A DNA stretch of 16,643 bases from NCBI GenBank assembly GCA_008080735.1, contig SHMW01000092.1, positions 1-16,643 on the forward strand, given 5' to 3'. Position 1 is the first letter of the stretch. The number at the start of each line of letters is the position of its first letter. Shown here piece by piece: positions 1 through 8,428 of this stretch. Under the pieces are notes generated by a model. It was not told the origin of the DNA. It saw only the letters and a list, made by a program, of their open reading frames with translations, and searched no databases. The position numbers and the translations under genes are program-made. Source of the DNA: Promethearchaeota archaeon (lineage in GTDB: Archaea > Asgardarchaeota > Lokiarchaeia > Sigyniarchaeales > SOKP01).

Positions 1-14
1 ATATTATAAAAAAT

Positions 15-602
15 ATGAAAAAGAATAAACGTACGCTTTCTTTCATAACTGGAAATTTTCATAAATTCACGGAAATAAAACAAATTTTAGAACAGAAGGA
101 AATTGATTATCAATTATTACAGCAAAATCTTAGTCCATCGGAAATACAAGCGGATTCTCTTCAAGAAGTGGCAAAAATAAAATTAAATAGTGTAAAAGAT
201 CGTGTGGAAGGCTCGTTCTTCATCGAAGATGCTGGTTTTTTTGTCGATTCACCCTTAAATGGATTTCCGGGAGTTTATTCTTCTTATGTGTTTAAAACTA
301 TTGGTTGTGAGGGAATAGTAAAACTTATCGATGACTTTGAGAGATCTCGGGCACACTTTTCTTCTATTATTGCTCTATATTTTGAACCAAAAAATGAAGA
401 CATATACTTTGAAGGTCGGGTAGAAGGAAGAGTGAGCGAGAAACCGCAAGGCTCTGGAGGTTTCGGATTTGATCCGATTTTTATTCCGGAAGGCTTTCCT
501 GACAAAACTTTTGCTGAAATAAGTTTAGAGCATAAAAATCAAATTTCTCATAGAGGGAAAGCATTGGATAAATTAATCCAATATCTTAATAAAAACCAAT
601 AA
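15..602 (+). CDS. rdgB: RdgB/HAM1-family non-canonical purine NTP pyrophosphatase (XTP/dITP diphosphatase)
   Basis: 195 aa with the family motifs in order: FITGNxxKxxE, EIQ, catalytic-region EDAG, GFPGVYS, GFGFDPIF and C-terminal KNQISHRGKA (SHR). Confidence 0.96.
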   Translation: MKKNKRTLSFITGNFHKFTEIKQILEQKEIDYQLLQQNLSPSEIQADSLQEVAKIKLNSVKDRVEGSFFIEDAGFFVDSPLNGFPGVYSSYVFKTIGCEGIVKLIDDFERSRAHFSSIIALYFEPKNEDIYFEGRVEGRVSEKPQGSGGFGFDPIFIPEGFPDKTFAEISLEHKNQISHRGKALDKLIQYLNKNQ

Positions 603-634
603 AAGAGAAGCTGATATAAAAGGAAAAGTGGAAA
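603..634 (-). terminator. Putative archaeal-type pyrimidine/oligo-T terminator region of the minus-strand operon
   Basis: The 32-nt gap between the convergent stop codons reads TTTCCACTTTTCCTTTTATATCAGCTTCTCTTT-like on the minus strand. It has several T-tracts and no hairpin, which fits archaeal intrinsic termination. Confidence 0.4.
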
Positions 635-3604
635 TTAAAATGTCTGTCTAAATATGTCCATAATACTTTGTCTGCTTAACCTAAGGAGTACTATAAACAT
701 TCCAACAATTCCAACCCCGACAGATAACAAAAATACACGTAGTAAAGTATCATACGGAATCGTGAAGATTACTGGCATCTCAGTTAACAACGCCATATTC
801 GTTTCTAATAAATATGCTGAGAATGAACCTAATATTGTTCCCATTATTCCTGCTGAAAGCATTAAAATCATACTCTCTATTAAAAACATATTCCTTACAT
901 TCCGTGTTTTTAATCCCATGCTTCGAAGAATGCCGATTTCAAATTTTCGCTCCATCATTATCGCATACATCGAACTTATTAATCCAAAAATCGAAATTAT
1001 AATAGTAAACATTAATATTATTTCCATTAAGGCACTCTGTTGTTCCGTCATCTCTTCTACTAATTTAATTTTCGTAATCGCATCATCGATAGTAAATTCA
1101 GACTCATCATAATCTGTTCTTATATCATCTTTAAATTCCTGGACATTCTTTTCAGACTTATCTTTTAGATTTATGTATGCTTTATCTACTATCATCTCAG
1201 GATCTCCAGGATTTTTAACATCCATTAATCTCATATAATTTTCTAAAGAAACCATAACACCGCCTCCATTGGCGGCCATTGACGAAGATCTAAAATTCCA
1301 AAAGCCGGGAATTCCACCTGAAATTCCTACAACTCGGAATAGAGTAATGTTTCCGGGATCATTTTCTACTTGAGGGTCATAAAACGTGAGTCTGATTCGT
1401 TCCCCAACGTCTTGAACTCCCAACCGATCAGCTATAGCTTTTGAAATGATACATGTATCATTATGAGCCAACATTTCATTGAAAGAATACTCAAAATTAC
1501 TGCCCAAACTGCTCCAAATAATTAAATTTCTATCGATAAGATTGGTGAAATCTTGATTTATACCTATAAATCCCGCTTCTACTTCATCCTTATTAGGGAT
1601 GTCGGCAGCATGCACTATGTATTTAGTGCGCTCCTCTCCAATATAATATTGGAATATAGTTTGAAATAATTGTTGGGTAGATTCTTCATCCATAATTGCT
1701 GTTCCCTCGCTGAAATCGTAAGCAGCCGCAATTGCTCTTTGGATATCTATAGTATTATGAAGGGCAATAGCGATATCATTAATCCTATCCATCTTTTTTA
1801 AATCATTTATAATATCCATGGTAATTGAACTCTCAACACTTTCTCCTCCTTCGTTTATCATTACCAGATCTGCCCCATATTGAAATTTTAATGTAAGGGT
1901 GGTATTTTCTTTTTCCATCTCTGCCAAACTCGTAACAAAAAAGATAAAGGAGAATGAAATTGCAAACATAACGATTGTGCTTGTATTTCGTCTTCTATAC
2001 CTTTTCAGTGAAATCTTTATTATATGACTATATTTTTTTATAAATGGTGAAATGATACCTAAAAATACTCTTTGTATTAAAGGAATGACTCCAACAGAAG
2101 TAAGTACTAATCCTATTAGAATTGCTGCTAATAAACCGATAAAGAGCCCAGCAGTGAGCATAAAATCTCCTGTAGTAAATATTCTAGGCATTAAAATAAA
2201 AATTATCATCCCTATAGTCGATATAGATACTCCAACCAGAATACTTTTCGTTTTTACACTACTCTCTTTCTTTACTTCCCAACCCTCTTCTTCTGTCTGG
2301 AAAGGGGTTATCGACTTAATAATGTCTTTTTTCGAAGTTTTTAATGCTGGTATTAATGATACTCCTAAACTTACAAATATTCCAATTAAAAATCCAATAA
2401 AAACTGTCTGGGGTTGTATGACAAATTCTATGTTTGAAAGACCACCAAAGTTATATGAACTTAAAAACAGGCGAGCAATCGGTTCAGTTAAGAACAAACC
2501 AAGTATTATTCCGACTATGGAGCCAATAGTGCCTAATAATAACCCCTCGAATAAAACTACTTTAATTGGGAACTTGGTTTTTCCGCCTACCACACGTAAG
2601 ATTCCAAATTCCCGAATTCTCTCCTCAGCGGAGGTGGATAAAATAGAATTAATCAAAATGCCTGTAATTAGCATTGAGAGCATTATAATAAACCAAAATA
2701 TCACTGTCGCACCCATCAAAAGGAATTCTCCTTGCTCTAATTCCTCTAATTTTGGCATTGAGACACTATATTCATTCAAATCAAGTCGATCTTGTATACC
2801 TGACCCAATTATACGCAATCTACGGGTTGTTAAATCAATATTACTCGAATCGTATACTAATTGTGGATTTTCTATCGTCCCATAAATGAAATTAATCTGT
2901 CCCGATCTATTTAAAAAACTCTGGGCTTCTCCCAAGTTCAACAAGATCAAAGCATTTTCGAATTCCAAAAATTTCCTCTCTTGTTCACAAATTTCAGCTA
3001 TAATGTAATCTTCTTCATAATGTTGATACGTCAAATGAATTGAATCTCCTTTAGAAACGTTTAATAATTCTGCAACATTTTGAAGGATTACGCATTCATC
3101 TGAATTCGGTTCTTCTGTATATAATTTATCAGTTTTCTGACCTATTTCGTTAACAATAATTAAATCACCCATATTTCCATTCTGATATTCTGCTTCGAAG
3201 TCCATACCATACATCTGTAGACTTGCTGTTCCGTTGACATTATCTGAAGTAGTTTTAGTTAACATTGTAATTCTTGGAAAAAAGGATTCAACCCCATCAA
3301 TATTTTGCAAATTATCTTGTATGATTTGATCATCAAAAAAAGGGTCATAAGTCAGATCAGCAGAAATTGTTCTGGAGATCATTATGTCTGCTTCTCCGGT
3401 GGTATTAACTGCTATTTCAATGTAATTGTAAGAGATTGTATTATTAATCATACCTATTGCAGTCAACAAAAAGAGCGATATCGCTATACCAGCAATTCCA
3501 AATATCGCTTTTGCTTTTTGCCTTTTCATATCAAGCCAAGAATGCTTTAGGACTTGAAATTTTAACCTTAGTTTTACCTTGTAAATTAGATGTTTAATAT
3601 TCAT
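635..3604 (-). CDS. ABC transporter permease B, MacB/FtsX (type VII) family, ~10 TM with two FtsX modules and two large extracytoplasmic domains
   Basis: 989 aa. Layout: N-terminal amphipathic helix and TM1, a large ectodomain, FtsX motif EERIREFGILRVVGG...EGLLLG, ending PALKTSKKDIIKSI, two extra TMs, RRRNTST plus TM, a second ectodomain (YGADL), and a second FtsX motif ERKFEIGILRSMG...ESMIL. Confidence 0.93.
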   Translation of the reverse strand: MNIKHLIYKVKLRLKFQVLKHSWLDMKRQKAKAIFGIAGIAISLFLLTAIGMINNTISYNYIEIAVNTTGEADIMISRTISADLTYDPFFDDQIIQDNLQNIDGVESFFPRITMLTKTTSDNVNGTASLQMYGMDFEAEYQNGNMGDLIIVNEIGQKTDKLYTEEPNSDECVILQNVAELLNVSKGDSIHLTYQHYEEDYIIAEICEQERKFLEFENALILLNLGEAQSFLNRSGQINFIYGTIENPQLVYDSSNIDLTTRRLRIIGSGIQDRLDLNEYSVSMPKLEELEQGEFLLMGATVIFWFIIMLSMLITGILINSILSTSAEERIREFGILRVVGGKTKFPIKVVLFEGLLLGTIGSIVGIILGLFLTEPIARLFLSSYNFGGLSNIEFVIQPQTVFIGFLIGIFVSLGVSLIPALKTSKKDIIKSITPFQTEEEGWEVKKESSVKTKSILVGVSISTIGMIIFILMPRIFTTGDFMLTAGLFIGLLAAILIGLVLTSVGVIPLIQRVFLGIISPFIKKYSHIIKISLKRYRRRNTSTIVMFAISFSFIFFVTSLAEMEKENTTLTLKFQYGADLVMINEGGESVESSITMDIINDLKKMDRINDIAIALHNTIDIQRAIAAAYDFSEGTAIMDEESTQQLFQTIFQYYIGEERTKYIVHAADIPNKDEVEAGFIGINQDFTNLIDRNLIIWSSLGSNFEYSFNEMLAHNDTCIISKAIADRLGVQDVGERIRLTFYDPQVENDPGNITLFRVVGISGGIPGFWNFRSSSMAANGGGVMVSLENYMRLMDVKNPGDPEMIVDKAYINLKDKSEKNVQEFKDDIRTDYDESEFTIDDAITKIKLVEEMTEQQSALMEIILMFTIIISIFGLISSMYAIMMERKFEIGILRSMGLKTRNVRNMFLIESMILMLSAGIMGTILGSFSAYLLETNMALLTEMPVIFTIPYDTLLRVFLLSVGVGIVGMFIVLLRLSRQSIMDIFRQTF

Positions 3605-3625
3605 TTTATATGATTTTTAATTTGT

Positions 3626-6600
3626 TTAAACAATATGTTTTTCAGCTTTTTCACCTTCAAATTCTTGTAATACTTTTCTTTTTTCTTTTCCAATAATTTC
3701 TTGAACCTCTTCTTTGTCTCGTCTAATTAATTTTACTCCATCACATGTTTTACAGTAATATTCCCCTGGTTCATCTTTGAAATACCATCTCCCACAGCTT
3801 AGACACTTATATGCGGCATATATTTGATCCCTACCACAAGAAGGACATATGATATCAAAATTATTTGAATAAAACCAAGAATCGCAATATTTACAATAGA
3901 GAGTTAGAGGATGGTCGAGATGGGAAGATTCTAATTTTCTTATCTTTTTAATGACTTTATCCTCATCTCCGTCAAAATTCGATGATCTTGATTTATATAT
4001 TCCCTTGACTTTATCAACTAAACTTATATCATTATGGTTAATATATATATAAGCAGAAAAGATTGAAATGAGAATAAGAATTCCCATAATAAGCCACGGA
4101 CTCCACCTTAGAAACTTAATAAGCATATTATCTACAATTAAAGTTAATTCTAATTCAGCAGAATTTCCATTAGCATCGAAAGCGATTATCTTAATTGAAT
4201 GTTTCCCATCATTATAATCGAGCGTATTCCAATCAAAATCCAAGAGGCCTGTTTCATTATTGTAATTAAGATTTTCAGGCGAATAGAATGTTCCATCAAT
4301 AAGAATTATCAACTCGGAGAGATCTATCTCTATGTTATCGGTAAGATTTATCTGAACATTTGTTAATGAACTTATTCTTTCGCCCTCCGAAGGATTAATG
4401 GCTGAAATAATAGGATCTATATTATCTTTATCTCTATCATAGCCCACATATATCTCTGATAGGAGCCATCCAAAACCTGGTGGAGCTCCAAGATTATCGT
4501 CTGTTTTTAGAGTAAATTTTATCATTACCACATTTCCTACTTTTTCTGATATATCTATTTTTTCCTCGGTATTTTCATTCGAATCATAGGTCTTTAAAAT
4601 AGACCATGTTTCTCCATAATCATTTGAAAGGGATACAACACCCATATCCCCTCCATTTTCCCCTTGAAATTCTAAATCAATCTCATAATTAAATTGTAGA
4701 AACACTTTTTTATTCGAAACAATTTCAATTGGTTTTGTTATTAATTCAGCTTCCCAATTCCTTCCGTATCCTCTTTCCTGAGAATTGAAAAGATTAGCTC
4801 TCCCCCCATATAAATAATTCCTATATAATTTCCTTATGGTATGCCAAGTATTATCGTTTTGAAGCCAAGAGGAATTTTCTTTCTGGACTGGAGTTCCTGC
4901 AACATAAAAATTATCTAAAGTTTCATTAAATAAATAGCCAATCGGTGTGGTTTTTTGATATATGTTGTAAGAAAGACTGTTTGGAATCGAAAATGATATT
5001 AATGAATTGTCTTTATTGTAAACTTGACTTGAATTTATATTTTTTCCATCTGAGATAAAAAACCTAAAAGATCGGTTTGAAACATCTTCGAGGGTTAAAG
5101 ATTTTGTAAAACATATTCCCATATCATTAGATAGGATTGAACTTGCATTCCAATCTCCAAATGAATTAATCATAGAATAATTCTTATTATCAATTTCAAG
5201 AAAAACAAATTCCGGATAATTATTATCCGTATCAAAGTAATCCAAAGAAAATTTAATTTTCTGATATTTCAAATCTGAACTGTACTGAACATTCTCGCTA
5301 ATGTTGAAATATATATGAGGAGAATTACTATTTGTAAAATTATTTATTGAAATATAATCAATAATAAATCCTTTATAGTTAATTAAATCCGGAGAATCAT
5401 CTAAATCTGCTTCATATTTTAATTTAACATAGTTTCCTTTGTATTCACTTAGGTTTATCTTCTCTAAAATCCAATCTGATTCAAGATTAGTATATGTTTT
5501 CAATGGAGGTGTTTCCCATCCAGATCCATTAACATTAATGAGCAGATCAACATAGTCCCCATCGTTAATACTTATTCTACATCCAAACTCTAAGATGGGA
5601 TTAACATTACTTTCCAAATTTGTTAGGTCAAAATATGGACTTATGAATGAACCATTGCTATACTCGCCAATTACGGTTGGTTGATATGTATAATTAGTCG
5701 GGTAATTGTGATATGTTCCAAAATACACCGCACTCCAATTATTCATATAAAGAACCGATCGGTCATCGTTTTGGTTGTTCTGCTGTAATATATCCCATCC
5801 AGGGCCCACTATTGTCCAATTGTCTAATCCATCATTAAAATGATGCTTATATTGAAATTTCTTAATAACTTGTGGATTTGAAATATCAATTGTTAAATAA
5901 GTGCTTTCAGATGGAAAATAATCTTCCCTTTCCCCATCTCTTACGTAAAAATAATAATTGTAAGTCTGATTAATGGGTAATTCTATTTCTTCACTTTCAA
6001 ATATCGCACCATCTGTATAATTTTGATCGGCTACATTACTTTGGGACATTGAGAAATTCTTTGATAAGGAGGGAATACAAACATAAACTCCTTGAGGCGG
6101 TACATTTGCCGAATCATTATCAAGATACTCGATAAAAAATTTATACCTATCTAATGTAATGTTCTTTTTTGGTTCATCCCCTTCTCTCTCACTCAGACTT
6201 AATACCGTGGTATTTTTTGATTTCCCATTATATGTAATCTCTGGAATCTTCAATGATGGATCAAATGAATTGTTAACCTCAGAAATGTTTAACGTGAAAT
6301 TACCCTCTCCATTTATCGCTTTAATAACAATATAGGGATTGGTTTCATTCTTTTCAGGGGTAAAATACAGATAATTATAGACTCCAAAGGATTTCCGAGA
6401 AGATTCTAGTAAAACGGGTTCTCCATATTGCGTTGATTGATTGGAATACAAGTAAATATCAAAAACCGCACCTTCTTCAACATCTGTTAAATTAAAAAGA
6501 TATTGACGATTCTCAACTAATTGAACTTGACGTGCGAATGCGTGTGTTCCTAATGGATTCTCCGAAGAACTAGACAAAAAATCATAATATTCTAAACCAG

Positions 6601-8428
6601 GAGAAATCGTTTTGATTAATGAATCTACAGCAGCATCAATATTCAACCTTCCATATCCTTCATGCTCATCTTTTAAACCGGCTCGAGACGTCAAATTTAT
6701 TGCCTCCAAATATAATGGAGGAGAAAAGCGATTTTGGCTCTCTATTATCTCTGTATTTGGATCATCTTCTCTATTTTGATTTGTCTCAGTCGCTGTCATA
6801 AAAAGAGCATTTTTTATGATCTTAATCCTTTCAGCTATATTTGATCCATCCCAAATTGCCCAATCATCCCATTTAGCTTCAATGAGAATATTAATCGCTG
6901 CTGACACAATCGCAGCTGATATAGAGGTCCCATAATTACTCGTTAAGAGATTAGTATTTGCATCAGCGCTAAAAATCGTTCGAGATTGATCCAATTTACT
7001 CCCTCCTGGAGCGACAATATCGGGTTTTATTATGCTATCTCCAATTTTTTTACCCATTGAACTAAACGAGGTCACTTGGTCTCGATCATTTATCGAACCC
7101 ACTACAATAGCATTATTATTTTGCGCTAAAGAATTAAGAGTTTCAAAATCATCAATCCCATAATTCCCCGCAGCAATTACCACCAATATCCCATTTTCAG
7201 TCACCTCATCGATTACTTGATTTAAAGCATTTATTTCAGTTTCATATGTTCCTAATGAGAGGCATACGCTCACAATTTTATGTATTGTTCTATTTTGTAT
7301 AACTGCTGAAAGAGCGGATATTATATCGGACATTTTGCCTTGGGCAGTCTCATTCAGAACCTTATAATTGAGTAATTTCGTATTGTTTGCTATTCCACTG
7401 AAGTAAAGATAATTAGAAACGTAGAATTCCGGAAAAAATTCTCCAACACAATCCACCGAAAACGAGGGATTTTTATTTAATATTTTATGATATTTTACCT
7501 TCAGATCATATAAACCTAAATTTTCTTCTGGAACTTGATAAGTAAACACTCTATTTACATCTTCAAGCTCATTAAAAGTATAATTGATCAACTCTCCATC
7601 AGACCATAGTTCAAACCATACCTCATCTACCCCTTCATCGATTAAACTCCATGAAGAATTAAAGAATATTACAGAATTTGCTCTCGAAACATTAAATGTT
7701 GCTAGTTTTATTGAGTAATTGCCGCTCTCCGAACCAGTTCCATGGATTTCTGAATGCTTAAATTTTTTTGAAATATGGAGATCAATCGGATTTGTAGAGT
7801 TAAACGGATATGTTCCATTTCCAGAAATCACGGAAGATAGGAAAGTTCCATGCCCATTCTCATCATTGGTGTCTCCCCCTGGATCGATGAAATTAATATT
7901 CTCTTCTACTTTTCCTGATAAATACTCATGGGTATCATCGATACCTGTATCTAATAAAGCAATAGATGCATCATTTAGTCCTTTATATCCTCCAATATAC
8001 CCAGAAAGATTAAGAGCACCTGATTGTATTGAAGCATAATTCATTTGGGCTTGGACAATGCCATTTGGCTCTATATGACATTCGATACTGAGATCGATCT
8101 CATCTTCAAAAGCACTCGCATTTTCTGCTAATGGCATAATCCCATAAAATCCACTAAATGAGTCAAAGTCTCCATTCCATCTTCCAGAGATGTTCCCCCC
8201 GTAATATTCAAATCGATCTTCGATGCTAATGGCGTCATAGGTCTCATTTTCAAAAAAAACGATTAGATTTGGATTATATTGATTTGCATCTCCGCTGAGA
8301 TTTATGATTTCCTTTATGCTTGGATTTCTGGTACTCATATTTTTATTATCATTAGGGATCGACATTAAGAAACTCGAGAGCAGAATAATTAGTAGCATAA
8401 TTAGAGATTTATTATAATCTTTTTTCAT
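3626..8428 (-). CDS. Membrane-anchored multidomain S8 (subtilisin-like) serine peptidase with C-terminal TM and cytoplasmic double zinc ribbon
   Basis: 1600 aa. Hydrophobic N-terminus and I9-like propeptide (~aa 50-128). Catalytic motifs: LLDTG (Asp160), NGHGT (His193), AAGN (Asn422), KPDIVAPG, GTS (Ser502), GYGRLN. These are followed by beta-rich domains, an Ig-like domain (~1335-1434), a TM helix (~1443-1463) and four CxxC pairs (1512-1562). Confidence 0.92.
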   Translation of the reverse strand: MKKDYNKSLIMLLIILLSSFLMSIPNDNKNMSTRNPSIKEIINLSGDANQYNPNLIVFFENETYDAISIEDRFEYYGGNISGRWNGDFDSFSGFYGIMPLAENASAFEDEIDLSIECHIEPNGIVQAQMNYASIQSGALNLSGYIGGYKGLNDASIALLDTGIDDTHEYLSGKVEENINFIDPGGDTNDENGHGTFLSSVISGNGTYPFNSTNPIDLHISKKFKHSEIHGTGSESGNYSIKLATFNVSRANSVIFFNSSWSLIDEGVDEVWFELWSDGELINYTFNELEDVNRVFTYQVPEENLGLYDLKVKYHKILNKNPSFSVDCVGEFFPEFYVSNYLYFSGIANNTKLLNYKVLNETAQGKMSDIISALSAVIQNRTIHKIVSVCLSLGTYETEINALNQVIDEVTENGILVVIAAGNYGIDDFETLNSLAQNNNAIVVGSINDRDQVTSFSSMGKKIGDSIIKPDIVAPGGSKLDQSRTIFSADANTNLLTSNYGTSISAAIVSAAINILIEAKWDDWAIWDGSNIAERIKIIKNALFMTATETNQNREDDPNTEIIESQNRFSPPLYLEAINLTSRAGLKDEHEGYGRLNIDAAVDSLIKTISPGLEYYDFLSSSSENPLGTHAFARQVQLVENRQYLFNLTDVEEGAVFDIYLYSNQSTQYGEPVLLESSRKSFGVYNYLYFTPEKNETNPYIVIKAINGEGNFTLNISEVNNSFDPSLKIPEITYNGKSKNTTVLSLSEREGDEPKKNITLDRYKFFIEYLDNDSANVPPQGVYVCIPSLSKNFSMSQSNVADQNYTDGAIFESEEIELPINQTYNYYFYVRDGEREDYFPSESTYLTIDISNPQVIKKFQYKHHFNDGLDNWTIVGPGWDILQQNNQNDDRSVLYMNNWSAVYFGTYHNYPTNYTYQPTVIGEYSNGSFISPYFDLTNLESNVNPILEFGCRISINDGDYVDLLINVNGSGWETPPLKTYTNLESDWILEKINLSEYKGNYVKLKYEADLDDSPDLINYKGFIIDYISINNFTNSNSPHIYFNISENVQYSSDLKYQKIKFSLDYFDTDNNYPEFVFLEIDNKNYSMINSFGDWNASSILSNDMGICFTKSLTLEDVSNRSFRFFISDGKNINSSQVYNKDNSLISFSIPNSLSYNIYQKTTPIGYLFNETLDNFYVAGTPVQKENSSWLQNDNTWHTIRKLYRNYLYGGRANLFNSQERGYGRNWEAELITKPIEIVSNKKVFLQFNYEIDLEFQGENGGDMGVVSLSNDYGETWSILKTYDSNENTEEKIDISEKVGNVVMIKFTLKTDDNLGAPPGFGWLLSEIYVGYDRDKDNIDPIISAINPSEGERISSLTNVQINLTDNIEIDLSELIILIDGTFYSPENLNYNNETGLLDFDWNTLDYNDGKHSIKIIAFDANGNSAELELTLIVDNMLIKFLRWSPWLIMGILILISIFSAYIYINHNDISLVDKVKGIYKSRSSNFDGDEDKVIKKIRKLESSHLDHPLTLYCKYCDSWFYSNNFDIICPSCGRDQIYAAYKCLSCGRWYFKDEPGEYYCKTCDGVKLIRRDKEEVQEIIGKEKRKVLQEFEGEKAEKHIV
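4442..6271 (-). repeat. Protein-level tandem duplication (A-B)x2 within the S8 peptidase ectodomain
   Basis: A1 FFIEYLDNDS..PP..VYVCI..KNFSM..DG..F..YYFYVRDG matches A2 FSLDYFDTDNNYPEFVFLEI.NKNYSM..G..F..FRFFISDG. B1 HFNDGLDNW..FISPYFDL..W..LKTY..EKINLSEYKGNYVKLKY..GFIIDYISI matches B2 LFNETLDNF..LITKPIEI..WSILKTY..EKIDISEKVGNVVMIKF..GWLLSEIYV. Confidence 0.8.

Noticed and set aside
15-602. rdgB as part of the ABC/protease system
   Set aside because: It is a housekeeping nucleotide-sanitising enzyme on the opposite strand in convergent orientation, with no evident functional link.
2052-2885. 277-aa plus-strand ORF, and similar ORFs at 654-1112, 12536-12724 and 14057-14326
   Set aside because: They lie antisense to transmembrane-coding segments of the permeases. 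Their Ile/Asn/Pro/Lys-rich sequence is the typical shadow of hydrophobic codons and shows no motifs.
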